A stretch of DNA of 64,000 bases, from contig CP154954.1 in the NCBI GenBank assembly GCA_039621445.1, forward strand, positions 33,395,455 to 33,459,454. Reading direction: 5' to 3'. Of this stretch, positions 22,683 through 36,897 are shown one piece after another. Source of the DNA: Euglena gracilis (Eukaryota). The translations under genes were made by a program, and so were the position numbers. The notes under the pieces were generated by a model. The model saw nothing but the letters and a program-made list of their open reading frames with translations, made no database searches and was not told the origin of the DNA. Within the stretch, counting starts at the first letter, position 1; each line of letters begins with the position of its first letter.

Positions 22683-23496
22683 CCCTGCTGCAGCCCACTG
22701 TGGCTGCTGAGAAGGTGGGGTTCTGAGGTTTTCACCTTCAGTGACGCTGCTGAGGCATGTGGGCAGGACTTGCCTGTGCAATCGCCTTTTACTCCTTTCT
22801 TCCAGCTAATTTTCTTCTTTCCTGTTCCATGTACTTCTCCAAATCTTGGCCATCATGCTTTTTTCGTCATACTGTTTTAAATCGCATTCACCAGGGCAAA
22901 TTGAAATACACAAAATTACCTGCTGGGAAGAGTCAGCAGTGGAGGGGGAAGATTTGCAAAAAACTCCAGGTCTGGAGAAACAACCTTTGACCTTGTTGAT
23001 CTTCTCTGCCTCTTGTTCAATCTTCGGATCATCTGCCGAGAACAACTTCTGCTCCTTCTGTTCCACAGAGTGGGGCAGGGAGGCGTTCTTTCTCTCCTCG
23101 ACGAACCATCTGTCCAGTGACAACAGCAAGTAGATGAACTGCTGGGTCAGCTTGCACTCCTTCATGTACCATTGCATGCATTCTCAAGAAATTCAAGATT
23201 CTTTTGTCAGCCAGGGGTGCAGAGCGCCCTGATAAGCTTCCAAAACAAATGACCCCTCAGCTAAGATTAGCAAGTCTTTTTAGAAAATTCCTGTCTCCAT
23301 CCCACAAGGTTCTTCCTGTCTTGTTGCACGGAATCCGTCAGTTTTTGGGGTTACATTATTTGGTGAATACTAAATCTTCAATTATCGTCTCACCTGTGGA
23401 CTTTGTGGACGTTTGGTACAATTGTGAACCTGCTGTTGTTGGATTGAAGCATTCGTTGCATTTGTGGGATTTTTATTTTATTTTCAAGTGGGAGCT

Positions 23497-26400
23497 GTGA
23501 TAGTGTGAGCCAACACACCCTCCTTTCACTAAAAAAAAGAAGCAAAAAGCAATTTCAGTCTCCATTTTCAAAATAAAACGTAAGAGGAATTGAAAAATCC
23601 CCTGGGCAGAGTAAAAGATCCTAGGCAAAGGGGTGCCGGCCCCAAAAGAACAGAAACAGAGGGGCAGGCAACACCAACACGACATGGTCGCAGAGGTAGA
23701 CTGCCCATTTTTTGTTCACATCCAACATGCGGCCACGAATAAAAAACCGAAGAACCACAATACACTGCAGAAACTGACTCAGACACGCCAGCTGCCGAAA
23801 CCGCCATCGCTAGGGTGATGGTGCCGAAGGATGGCCTCTCAGCCATGTACAAAACACTGGAAATGCTGGATGCCTTAATTTCTATCGCTGGGGTGGTGGA
23901 TCCCGCAGCGGGCTTTACAGCCATGTAACAACTGGACATGAGCAGGTGGACTAAAACCGAACAAAATGGAACAACCCACCTGTCGTGCCACAGACGTGCA
24001 ACGACAGCCCACGCGTCTTTGCCATGGTCAGCATGGACCAGGACGACACCGAGCAGACTAGTCCATCACCAGATTACACAAAAGCGGACGAGAACAATCA
24101 ACCATACTTTGACGAAAAGGTGTTTACACCACAAAACTGGCTCCGACAGCCAGAAACGGACATTCAGGACAACCAAATCTGGCAAACCGCAACAGTATAG
24201 CAACCGGGAACCCAGGGGTTTGCTCCAGTGGTGGTACGACAGACCATGGAACATCCAGCCCGCCTCCAGGGTTAAACTGGAACTTCGTACCCGAAACGAT
24301 CATACATCGGCAGATTACACATCCACTGACTGGGACTGGTGGTCAAACTTTGTGTACCACTCTGGACAGCCGAGCTGGGATTTTTAACAGTTCAGACACA
24401 AAACTGAACACACGATTGAGCGGACGGCATAAACACTGCAGCAGCTACGGCAAATAACGCCAGAATGGGTCATCAAACTGCATGCAACAGTCAACAGACA
24501 GCGTGAAGCACTTTGACAGCAATCAACGGCAGGCACAAAGAACTGACAAAGTCCAGGCAACAACACAAGCGAACATGGAACTGGTGACAGTGAACCAGAA
24601 CAAGCTTTACCGGAAAAAGATTTAAGCGGAGGGTGACAGCAGAGCACGGAAATAAAAGAAATGGCTAGCTCACTAGGCCAAAAACGCAGGCAATTTAACA
24701 GTTTTCTGCAGATGGCTGGTGGAAACGCACCGAACCAGGGTGAGCATCTGGCTGGTTTACACCGACAACAAGAAAACGAAAAAAACAACAACAGCAGAAC
24801 TGCAACAAAAGTTGGCCGTGGCAGAATAACGGGCAGCAGGAATTACAGGCGGAGTCCAAAGGTGGAAGAAACTGTGGCAACTGTGACCACAAAAATTGAT
24901 AACCTCAGAGGGTAAATAAGCAGTGTGGTGGAAAAAATTAAGAAGGACGTGGGCAGTGAAATTAGAAATCTGGAAGGACTGGTTCAGCAGGAGGAATCAC
25001 AAACGACAGCAAGAATCCAAAATTGTGACTGCCTGCACAGAAAACTGGTCGAACAGCAAAACAAACCCCGGATCAACAGCATCACATCAAGCAGCCGAAC
25101 GAGGAAATTGCCAGACTGAAACAACAGGTGGAAACCCTGACTTCCGGTGAAGACAAACGCAAACCATGCACGAAATTTTTAACCAGCAGATCGGTAACCT
25201 GGGTCACAAGTTTGACGAAACAGCCCAAATGACTCATAAACTACTGGGTGACTGCAAAAAGGGTGAACAAAACTGGATCACATGCCACAACCGAATATGT
25301 GTATGTAGGTCGGGCCACCCGCCGTTGGACTGCCACGGGTTGGAAGCCCATACTACTCGCCGTGGCACGTCAGCTGGCCGGGACCACGCGCAAGCCTGCA
25401 CGATTTACGTCATTAACCTGCCTGTGGCCACGTGCGCCGGTTGATCCCCGTCGGCGTTATCGATTAGCACACACAGTGCAGGACCTGGGTTTCTAACGCA
25501 CGACCTCCCGAGTGTGAGCCCAGCACCTGGCCGAATATGCTACGCGAGGGATACTCGGCTTGGTACTGCGCGCCGGCTACCTATTGCCGTAGCCTCTCCC
25601 GTCCGCCGCACACAACCGACCAAATGGCTGGAAGTGACGTCTGCTATTGACTCAATGAACAAGCAGGGTCCGTCAACTGTAAACTTAACTGGCTGGTCTG
25701 AAAACAAAACTGCAGAAAACGAAACACGTGACAACGGCATCTGGCAGCAAATGCATACTGTCACCACTGAACTGCAAACACTGCAGAAACGGTGGAAAGA
25801 AAAGTTGGTGACCTGGGACAGAAAAGTCAACACAGTAACAAAAAATTCAGAAAACCTGACCAAAAATTGGAAAAAAATACCGACCAAATGAAAATGAGAG
25901 TTACTCACCCTGCTGAAATGCCAACACGTTTTGAAAATCTTTGTATTTCCTGTCGCCCAGCCGGGCCCAGGGGCATTCGGGCCATTTTTCAGCAGCCAAT
26001 GCCCAGGCCGAGGGCCTGAGACATGGGCCAGCCCTCTGGGAAGTGGGCCTCCCACGAGGACCCAGGCCGGACAGCCAGGAGCATCCACAACGGCCAAACA
26101 GACATATCAACCACGCAAGGGGGTAGACAGGTCCGCGGGCCAACGGGGATTCAGGACCCACAACCCAAGAACCGACCCTCGGCAAACACGAGGGGCCATC
26201 CCGCAAGATAACACGGGACAGGGACCCTAGATCCCAGGCCTGGATAATGGCGATGGGGACCCCACAATTCCTGGCACAGCCACCGCCAGCCCTGATAGGC
26301 CAGCCCGCTTAAAACAAGGGACAGGGACCCCAAAACCCCTCGCCTGCCAGACGGGGAAGGGGACCCCTCAACCCCTGGCCGGGTTGGTTGTGGTGCTGCG

Positions 26401-28450
26401 CTTGTCGGGTTTGTCGTAAGTGCTGGGCTGGTTAGGACTGCAGTCGGTCGTTGCTCGTGTTGTCAGGCCAGCAGAGCAGTTAACGGTGTGAAGACAGTTT
26501 TCATTTCCTTCTGAATGATCTGCCCCACCGGGGAAGCCGAGTTAACGGTCGCCAGTGCTGCAGCTTCTCCTTCCGTTTCTGGGTGTGGTGTTTCGTCGCC
26601 CCAGGTCTGCTGGCTGCTCCGGTTAAAATATCTGTGAGACCCAACAGAGTTCACAGCTAAGGGCAAGCCAACAAACACGGGGCTTGTTCATGTAGGCGAA
26701 CCAAACTGAAACCCATATCACAGCCACAACAGCCTGGGTGGGACGCCACACCGGTTCGACCCAAACTGCCATCCACCACATAGGAGAGGAAACGGTGGTG
26801 GCACCCGTGGCAACGGCCCCAGCAGCATTCTTCGGGCTGCTGCTGGCTCCGGAATCTCGGCAATGACAGAAGACCTGGTAGGATCAACGTTGCGTGGCAA
26901 TTTCGCAGATTTTGCCGTTAAGTTTTTAATGTCCCCACAACGTGTGTCAACCGGTCAGGGGTCCCTGACCAACGACCTGAAACTATCACTGCTGGACGGC
27001 TGCCTGGACTGCGCCAGCAAACTGGAACTTCAACGCAGACAAGAACGTGGTGAAAAAAAGTAGGAATTTTGGAACTGGATGTGACAAAAATAAGGCGGAG
27101 ACACGCCATCAGCCATTAAAGACGTACTGAAAAACCTCAGACCAAAAAGGAAGGAAAACCGACTTTGGAGGCGTGGAGGGAGTTTGAAGCCCATTTCAAA
27201 ACCCTCTACAGCAGGCTGCAAAATCCGTCGGACGAAGACGCCTACCATCGGGTAGTTGAAAAAAAGTCTGAAACGCAACGCAGAACATGCATCAGGGAAG
27301 AAGACCGACGAAATAAGGACAGACCGACACAGAAACTGAAAGTGGTCACGAACATTGCGAACGTCCCTGATGCAACAACGGAAGGCATACGAGACCTGCT
27401 GGTACCCACGGGAGGTGCAGGTGAACATTCTCAGGTTGCACGAGACAGGCAGAATTTGAGGATCCAACTGCACAGCAGCAGAACCGCAGAACTGCTTCTG
27501 ATAAAAAAAGGTTCACTGCTGTCTGGACGCAAACCCCACTTCACACAGGGACAAGCCAAACTGGCATTGCACGACCTGTTCCAACGGAGGGAAACTGAAC
27601 GCAGGTGCCAACAACAGTCCGGCCCCCTGGGCAGGGGGTAAAACGCTTAGCAGAACCAGCCACACGAAAACAGATCACGGAGGATGGACCGCAGGGCTAC
27701 TTGAGGGAAGTCAACAACGAGACAAAAAACAGAAGCCAGAAGCCAGACACCACCTTCCAGATCCCAACGCAACTCCTCCAGATTTCGAACCTCAGCACCT
27801 GTAAAGCCAAGACCCCTTCTTCACAGCAGCAGGTTCCAATGGGAGTTTCAGAAAAGCCTCGCCAGAAACTATACACCAACTGGTCAGACTCCTGACAGAA
27901 AGACTGGGGCGAAGGCAAAGCAAAAGGGAAAGTTCAAAACTGGGACTCAAACCAAAACTGGAACTAGAACCAGAACTGGAATTAGAATTACGGCAAAGGT
28001 TATGATTCAGGAAAGCGGTACAACTCAGGGATGGGATACAATTCGGTGAAGGGAGTGGGAAAGGACAAGGCAAAGGGCAACAAAAGGCGCAGCCAGAGAA
28101 ACAAAAACTGAACCACAGCCTCAGCAAACCAACTCACAGGAGCCAGCCTACGTGCCACAGGGACAGCAAAAGGCAGAAGCATCTTCCGGCAATCGCTGGC
28201 AGCCAGTCCGAAACACAGGGCAGAAGTGAAGGGGCTGAAGCGGCCTGAGGGTAGGGCACGAGAGGGGTAACTCTGCAGAAACAACCGAAACAAGAGAACA
28301 AAACCGGGGAACCAGGTCCAGAGCTGCAGCGTACATTCACACTGAGTGAGGGAGGAAAGAAAAAACCTCGAAGGAAAACATCCCGACAAAAAAAAAACGA
28401 CACCACAGCCCTGAACCGAAACGGGAACAGGTCAGTTGCAGGTTCGGCAG
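23497..28450 (+). mobile_element. Degraded LTR-retrotransposon 5' half (LTR candidate, PBS, broken gag-like frames)
   Basis: The PBS tggtcgcagaggt at 23685 follows ..CA and is identical to the gypsy PBS. Gag-like remnants include LSLLDGCLD and WREFEAHF. Boundaries are approximate. Confidence 0.5.
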
Positions 28451-28523
28451 AGAAGCTTTACGGTGGGTCTCTGAAAACCGAACCCCCCCGCCAAATATAA
28501 GAAACACTCGCTATAAGAAACTG

Positions 28524-30110
28524 TGTACCAGGCGTATGCTTCTGTCCACTTCCGTTGAGGAAGTTAGGAGGGAAGCAGATCCTATTAGGATTTCCTAATG
28601 GGTGCCGCTTCTCTCTCCACAGGTGGTATTCTTATTCTTTTATGTTCTTGTTCCTTCCTTTACTCCGGACCGGACTTGGATATCCAGTCCGTCCTCCATG
28701 CATTGCTCTGTGCTTTGCTTCTTGGAAAGTTGGAAATGGGTTTTTCTGTTACTCTAATTTTCAGTTCCCAAGTAGGTGCGTCAAGACGAAAGCGAAGGCC
28801 TTTTTGGAATTGGGAAAGGGGAATTGGGAATCAGACGTACACTTGGTAGCAGATTGGTTACGATCCTACACATACTTCACAGAAAGAAAGGCTACCAGGT
28901 ATTACACTTGGTAGCAGATTGGTTCGATCCTACGCTGACTGGCAGCGGAGAGCCCCTGCACCGTTTTTACACGGTCGCAGCATCAGCTCCTGGCTTCTAG
29001 TCAACGTCTAAGCAGACGAGCAGGCTCCGGAAGGCTCTGTACGGTGTTACCCGTTACAGCCCCTCTGGTGCCAGCACAACTGCTTAGTTTTGAGGTTTTT
29101 TGCTGTTATTGACATCAGAAAGATGCAAAGCACGGGCCCCAACTATCAAATCAACTATCCCTCATTACAGGCATCGTTGCAAGACATTGACCAAGAAACA
29201 GGGGATTGGAAGCTTTTATGTGAGAGTGCTTCCAGTTCCCACACCGATGAGGCACAATTGGTTCAATTGTCACAATTGCAACACTTGTCATCATTGACAG
29301 TGGTCGGCGATGAGCCCTCCACATCATTGGCTTCAGAGGCTAATGCGGCCTCTTCTGCACTCACGTTGCCCCAACGGGGGTATTCGCCTCTGTCTGCGAC
29401 AATGGTGCAGCTGCGCACACCGGAGAGACCTGTGGTGATGCTGCCAGCGGGCTTCTCTGGTGATGGTGGGCTGGAAAGCCCGTGTTTCTTTCAACCACCA
29501 CCCGTTCTTCCACCGGCAAGCCCTTACAGAGCTTTGCCACCACCACCCGATCTTGGGTGCTATCCGGCACTACCTTGGCAGCCGGAGACTCGCCTAGTGG
29601 TACCGGAATTCTCCGGTACGCCCAACCCATGGATGGCTATGGGAAGGGCACTGGGGAGCTCCTCACTGCTGAGGATGTGCAGGATATCGTTGCCTGGATT
29701 CCAGGGGATCACCCCCTTGTGAGAGAGTTCAACCATGTACAACAATGCGTTGCAGATTGTGCAACCGCACTCAACAAAGTGTTTCGGTTTGATGAGGACA
29801 ACTAAAAAAATGTCCTCACCAATCTGGAATACTGCTGGAATTACTTGCAGGAAGTTGGCAAATATTGCCAGCCGAAATTCGAAAGTGCGGGAATTGACCT
29901 TGCAAACTTTCGGGAAACCTTTGACAAAATGTGCCAACAACTCCCGCAAAACTTCCGGCAAGTTAGTGAATGCATGAATGAAGCGGAAACGCGGAATGAC
30001 TCCAAGTTTCTGCACTTGCACGACTCACTATGACAGTGTTGCAGACGAGGAATCTCGTGCATACAACTGTTGTTGCAAATGCAACAACGCGGATTAACAG
30101 GACTCCATCT
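28524..30110 (+). mobile_element. Truncated LTR element: LTR 28524-28841, duplicated iMet-like PBS, degraded gag-like ORF
   Basis: TGTAC...GTACA termini. tggtagcagattggtt(a)cgatcc occurs at 28844 and 28909. ORF pieces span 29090-30033. Confidence 0.55.
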
Positions 30111-30169
30111 GTCCCGATAACCAAGACATTCGGCGTCCAAAACGACTGTGTGAACCAGTGTCCAAACCC

Positions 30170-32735
30170 CTGCTGCGGCAGGTCATTGGCTTGAAAATGT
30201 TTTGAATAACTGACCGGGGGGGGGTTGCATAACGATTCCCTGTGTTGTTCAGTGGACATTGCAATGCATCCACTGCTGTGGCTGCATTGCTGTGGCTGCA
30301 CTGCCCACCTGCCCACAAATTTGGGCATTTTATTCTTGCCTGGGGAGGCAAACAAATTTCTTTCTAAATGTGTGAATTTTTGAACTACTGTCTTAAAAAT
30401 TGAAGAATTTGGGGATATAAAGAGTAATACCCCTGTCCATTTCATTTATGGGGTCTGCCAGGCAGTCTTTTGAAGGCACCAACTTGACTTGTAGGTTTAC
30501 TTGGTGCTCTATGAACCATTTGAAAAAAGGTCCTAGCATTTTGTTGAAGGGGTCCTTTCTTCCCCACCTTTTGTCAGGCAGTAATAATCTCCTGGTTGCC
30601 CACTGACAAAGAAACTGTTTCTCCAGGTTTGCTTAAACGTTTTGCAGTGCTGATTGCTGCACTCAACTCTTTCAAATTTATGTGTAAAATGCAGTTTTCT
30701 CTCCAACATTTTTGTATGATTTATCCTGGGCGGATGTCCAGCTCCCCCACCCCCGCAGGGCATGAGTGCTGCTTTCTGAGTACAACTATCTGGTTTCATT
30801 TTGGGGGAAGGGTCTTCCCCCCAGGTGTCCAGCAGAATTTTGATTTAACTTAATTGGGCTTTTATTTCTTCAAAAATGTTGTGTTTTATGTCCCAGGGGG
30901 CTGTAGAATTTTGCACTCAATTTTTCTCAGGAAATCTGTGAAAGGCCATTCAAAAGGGAAGGGCCATTAGGATGCACCTTATCTGGCCCAAAATGGCAGC
31001 CAGTTGCCTTTTTGACCTGGAATATTTTTTAAAAATTTTGCCCAGCTGCTTTTTAAGGTCTTGACTTTTTGGGCTGGCACGTTCAATTTTTCGTCCAGGA
31101 AATTTGATTGAAAACCCAAATGATTTACCATCTGGTGGGCTGCAGACATTTTATGTTTATATTGAATCCTAATTTGTTAAATTTTACTGGTGGCCCGAAC
31201 CCAGCACATTTTGCAAAATCATCTCAACACCGTGGTCTGCGATTATAGATTTTCGAATGTTTTAATCGCACTCATGAAAATTTGTGGCATTACATTTAAC
31301 GCAAAGCAGCATCTCCGGAATTCCCAGGTCTGCTCCCCCTCTTGATGCCTTTAAAATGCCCTTAGGGCCTGGCCCACTGGGATGTGGAAATAGGCATCTT
31401 TTGAATCTATTTTGGGTTCCCAGTGGCCTTTCTCCAGAACGAGAAAAGTGTGCTGGGTGTGATCCAGCCTAAAAGGTTTTACTTGGAACTGTTAATTTAG
31501 TTCCCTGCAGTCGCTTATCAACCTTCATTTGGTCTGACCACCGTCTGGTTTTAAAATTGGATTAGGTGTTGGGTGTCCGAATCCCCCACCCTCGTTAGGG
31601 ATCCAGATTTTTCGTAATCCTGCTTTGCTCAGGTCCAAATTTGATCTGGTTTTGGGGTGGGTGGACTGTTCGGGGTGCTGTGACAAGGAGGGGTTGAATG
31701 CCATCCTTTATGAGTTGACATGTTGCGGGGGGGGGGAATGTTTTCTCCACCATTTCAGGCTTTTTTGCAGTCTGTGATGCAAGGGGATGTCTTCCCGTAT
31801 TTTCTCAATAGAACTGATTTCCTGAACGAGATGATTTTTTGGGGTCTGGACATTTCACAGCCTCTGAGGCCCTTAGGGCTTGATTCCTGGGTGTATGTGC
31901 ATGCACTCTCTCCCTCTATTCTCACACTCTCTAAGGATGACCTTGTTGTTGGTTTCCATACCATAGGGATTACTGCAACTGTTCTGCCTGTCTTCCTCCT
32001 TGATGGTGATGGTGTTGGCCGTACCATAGGGGGGCCTCTGGTGGTCCCTTCCTTGTTCAATCAACAGGAATAAGTGCTGGTGGGGAGTCTCCCCCGTCCT
32101 GTTCCTCCTGGTTGGCCCTTGGAGAACTATCCTCCTGGGGCTGGGGCTCCTCTTGGAGCTCCTCCTGGCGCTGCCCATCTAAATTCAAAGCCCTTTCACG
32201 GCTGCCCCTTAGCTTCTGGGTGTCCCCTGGCTGTTGCCTCTGCCCCTTCCGGGGTCTTCCGTGGCTTTCACTTTTTTTTTGGTTTGGGTTATGGAAGTTT
32301 CTTTTGAGGAAATTTCTTTTGGGGAAGGGGCAGCCACGGTTCGCCACGGTCGACCCGCGTCGTCAGGTTATCCAGCTGCTGCAGCTGCTCCCTCTTGAAA
32401 GTATCTAGCGCGGTGCTTCTTTGAAATTGCATCTTTCATTGAATTCTTTCAAAAAATTATAAAATTTTGGATTTGAGGTTCGTGCACGAGCGTGTCTTTC
32501 TGGATAATTTGAATTGAGTGTCTTCTTCTTCTTTCAATTGACAAGGTATTAGACGTCCCTGTCTTCTGCGTGTCGAAGGATAAATTAAAAATCAGCCAAC
32601 AGAAAACTAAGCGGGACCTCCTGACACCACGCACCTAAACAATCCATACAACACCGCCGGCGCGCATGTGAGGCCTTTGTGCCTCGCCCTCGGTCCCCTT
32701 CCTCCCTTGTCGGTTTGCCTCGAAGGAGTGCGATA
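30170..32735 (-). mobile_element. DIRS family 1, copy B, heavily degraded, YR missing
   Basis: It is colinear with copy A (NLFASPGKNKMPKFVGRW, RT remnants, RGPPMV..ESACT) and has an ITR at ~32570-32665. Confidence 0.85.
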
Positions 32736-33339
32736 GCCTTCCCAAAAACATTTACCTTCAAAGAGCCAGAAAAAAAGGCATGGCCCCACTTGGGGACCCG
32801 ACGTGCCAGCTGAAGCAGCTACTCCTGCTCACGGCAGTTCATGTCGACAGCTCAAACCCAGTGTCTTCTCTAGTGCACTGTTAGTTGACATTTTAATTAA
32901 AATTTGTCGGTTAACTTGCAAATTTTATGGCCGTCTGGCTCGTGCCTTCCGTATTTTTGGCGTCTTCTCTTCGGTCCTTTTTAGTTTGAGGGGAAATTGA
33001 GAGTCAGAAAGCTCCGGAAAAAGGATCCGAGGAGGGCATTTTAGCCAAAGCGCGCCAGAAACAATTTGCACAGCAAACAGAGGCGATCAAGGCATGGCCT
33101 CACATGGGCAAAACGCGCGGCCCGGCACTCCATCTTCTCCAGCTTTTGCTGCCTTCGCTGGGGGTCTTTTTTTTTTTTGCTCCGCTCGGCAGCTGGACAC
33201 CAGGTATGTTGTATCTTTCATGGAAATCAAAAATTTTCTCCTTATTTTCTTTGTCGTCTGAATTGCTCTTCCGCTTCTGAATTGATTAGTCTTTTTAGTG
33301 AGCGTTGCTGAACTCGTTGAGTTGAAATTCTTTCACCTT

Positions 33340-33564
33340 GTGGTCGAAGGGCAGAGTTAGGGCTTGCCTCGAGGGAGTACGATTCGGGCAGGGCTGGCGG
33401 GCTGGCTTCCCGTGGCATAAACCCATCCGACAGCGCTGCCTCTGCACTAATTTCGGGCTCCGAGCTGCGAGATGGTGATCCCTGCTTTCCTTACAGGCTG
33501 TTCTTCTCTGGTGCGGTTGGTGTTCGCGGGGGTGCTTTTCACTGCGCCTTTGTTGCCGGAGTTG
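33340..33564 (+). mobile_element. Orphan DIRS terminal fragments (family 1 right-end remnant, family 2-like left ITR)
   Basis: gcctcgagggagtacga at ~33366-33382. ttcgggctccgagctgcgagatggtga... at 33452-33564 resembles 12221-12335. Confidence 0.7.
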
Positions 33565-34975
33565 AGCCGACCAGGGAGGAAGGGACACCGAGGGCGAAGG
33601 AAAAGGACATTGTGAGGCCATGCCTTGCTCGCCGGCGGTTTGTTGTGATTGTTTTGGAGCGGTGGGTTAGGAGTCCGCGCTTAGTGCCGCCTCGCCCGAG
33701 TTGGCTGCTGATGCTTCTCCGACGTGACGACGTGGCTTCTGTCCCCTGGGGGGTCCGCCTCTCTCCGCCCCCTGGCCCCCATCTTCTGACCGAGGGCGTT
33801 TGAAGACAAATTTTTTGACATTGGTGGGGGGGTCGGGATCACAATGTCCTTGTGCTTCGCCCTCGCTGTCCCTTCCTCCCTGGTCGGCTTGCATCGAGGG
33901 AGTACGAGACACCTCGGGCTCCGCACTTTGCCATTATGAGGCCAGATGCACTGAAAAAAAAGAGGGGCCAGGGCATTCTCCAAAGAACCTTGGGCTCCAA
34001 GTCTTTGATAATGGGTTGTGAAAGCATCCACCACCTTCCACTGACCAGTTTCACACCATTCTTCGGCCGAAAGTCCCAATTTTTTGAGCAAACCAACCCC
34101 TGCCCCTCTGGTGGAGCGTGGTCCCCAAACCTGGGGGGTGACCCCATGTTGGGCTAAAAATGTTTTTGTAATGGAAGCAACTGTATCAGCACTTATGGCT
34201 TTATAACAGGGTTTTAACGAAATTAAAAGGGGCCCCCAGGTTTCAAAAACAAACGTGTTGCTGCCACATAAGACGTCATCAAATGAAAGGGACTGATTTG
34301 GGGACATTGAGGAATGGGGAACAATCCTTCCCAGTTATAAATTTTTTGACCTTTGCGTTTGATTTTGATGTAGGGAGCCCCTCCCAACACACTGGTGGTT
34401 CTTTCGACCTTTGCCAAATCAGACGAACGATATAACAGAGGATTCTGCAGCAAAAAATGAGTTGTGTACGCAAGGTACAAATATAATCGGGCAGGGGGGG
34501 GGTGTGTCAGCCACAGGAGGCTTGGGAGGGGATCCCAAAAAGCACCGTACTTCTCAAGATTTTGGTTCCAAAGCCATTTTAAGGGCTTAACATGCCATGG
34601 AACTTCAGGCTGCCAAAGCCAGGGATTAAAAGCGTAGCACTGTATGCATTACGGGCCTGTGCCCTTGAATATTGAAAAAATTGTATAAAAATGTCAACCA
34701 CTTGGTCGGTGGTGGCTTCAGGGGGGGGGTACCCCGTTTTCTGCAGAATTACCCATATAAGCATAAAGGCGTTTTGATAACGCCTTATGCTGGGGTTTCT
34801 TCTCAGGAAATCTGTAATGGATTGATTTTGAATTTGTTTCCCTTCCAAAGTTTGCCTGAGCAAATCATGCAAAGAAGGGGCATTTTTTCTCCCCTGCAAT
34901 GGGTGAACATACCCTTGTAGGGGTGATTTTCAGGCAGGGGGTACCTGGTACTTTCGTTTTTATTAACCGGGGCCA

Positions 34976-35613
34976 TGGAAGTCTCATAATATTCTTTTGT
35001 TTTTATTGAAATCCTCGGATTCCCAATTTTTCTTGATATCCCAATTGTCCCAAAAGACGTAACACAATCAATGTAATGACATAACCAGAGCCAGCAGTCT
35101 GCACAGGAGGAAAGGTTCGAATTAGGAATACAAAGTTCGGTTCAGGCGGTTAGTAAATAGTCCGCACACGCCCCCCATGCCGGAGGACGCGGCGCCACAG
35201 GCACAGGACGAAACAGCATCACACCACAAACAAAATGGCTTTACTATGGTTCAAGCACGAATGAATGGTGTTCAACACGAATTGTCCACAAAAAAGGTTC
35301 AGAACGACAAATCTCAACACAAAGGAAGGTAAAAGAGGTTACTTCCGACGTTCAACGTGGTCCCTTCGCTTCGTGGTTGGCTTGCCCTTCAAAAGTAACA
35401 CAAACCTGGGCGAAACTCCTCGCATCAATGGCAGGTTTGTGACTGAAAGCCTTCAAAGGTTAGACAAAAATCCACCCATGGCGAGGCGGGTTGGTGTCTC
35501 CTGACCCGAAAAACCATCCAAAAGGCCCCCTGGGGGGCTTGACTTTCCTCCCGCGTGACTGAAAGCACGATCAAAACATTTGGGGGGAGGCCAGGCTGTC
35601 TCTTGAGATGCCA
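34976..35613 (-). repeat. Gypsy 3' LTR (~638 bp)
   Basis: It starts TGGCATCTCAAGA after purine-rich GAATGCGAATGGGGGT and ends GAGACTTCCA. The last ~123 bp are repeated at 41833-41955. The start coordinate is inferred from terminal complementarity. Confidence 0.75.
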
Positions 35614-36897
35614 ACCCCCATTCGCATTCTGAAACGTCGCAAAACATTCTGAGCGCCTGGCGTAGGATCGATTGTAAATTGTGATCCACACAATAATTCT
35701 TGAAAACCTCATTCATTCTGCCTCCTGGTTGCACAAAGGAAGCCACGGGCTCCCATGTACTGCTGCTTGCCGGAAAATTCTCCCACCAAACCAAAAATTT
35801 CCATCCCCCTTGGTACTTGTGCTTCAAAATCTTGTAAACATTGTAAAAACCCATTTGTGCTTGTTCTTCTTCTGACATCTGAAGGGGGGGATCCCCTCCC
35901 TGGTCTGGCATGGGGGTGTCACCCTCCACTGGGTCTCCCACAACCACTTCACCGGTCAAAAGGTCTGGGTCTTCTTCCAAAAGGCTTTCTTCATGCAAAG
36001 CAACCTCCCACCTTTTGCACAAACCCAAAGAGACATCAATGACCCCTCCCAAAGATGGACTACTTGCAATTTGCACTGAATTGAACCTCGATTTGAGAAC
36101 CCGAAAAGGTCCTTGCCAGGGGGGGGAAAGCTTGGGCCATGATTTGTTTGGCCATCTTTTGTTGTGCACCAAAACATAGTCATCTTCTTCAATTTTTGCT
36201 GGTACCCTCCCTTTGTTGGCACTCTCAAAATCTTTTTTCCTCAATTCTTTCAATCTCTGGGAAGCTCTTTCTTGAATTTCCATCTGGGTCAAAAGCCAAG
36301 AATGGGTTTCTGGATTTGTCACCGGTTCTGGGGGTAATTCCTACCTCCAAGCTGGTCTGCCCAAAAACATTTCATGGGGTGACAACATTGTTGTGGGGGA
36401 AATCTGCGAATTCATCAAAAATGTGCAATACGGGATCAGCTGCACCCAATTTTTGTCCTTGGAAGACAGACTCAATGCTCGCATATTTTGCAAGAACATT
36501 TTATTGACATTTTCAACCAAACCGTTTGATCGGGGGTTCCGGGGCAGAGAAAACGATAATTTCACGTCGAGAGCTTTCAGGGCTGTCTGATAAAAACCAC
36601 TGGGCTGTCTGAATCGCACGTCGTTGTCAGACCTCACAACGGATGGTTTTCCAAAAACAGAAATCCACCGGTCCAAAATAAGCCTCAAAACACCTTCTCC
36701 GGTTACCGTTTTCTGTGTGGGGATGAATTGGCAAAATGGGACAAATTGTCAACCAAAGTCAGCACATAGTCAAAACCATTGTAGGGGTCCATTTGCACAA
36801 ACTCCAAACACAAAAATTCATTGCTCACTGTTGGAATCGGTAAAGAACCCACCTTTCCACGGTCACTGGGGCGGTTTTGTTTTGAAAGGGTGCAAAT
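35453..36897 (-). CDS. Gypsy integrase core, GPF motif and chromodomain (interrupted by stops/frameshift)
   Basis: FGKPSVVRSDND and PRSNGLVENVN (DDE core), KLSPPWQGPFRV, and chromodomain YNVYKILKHKYQGGWKFLVWWENFPASSSTWEP. Confidence 0.9.
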
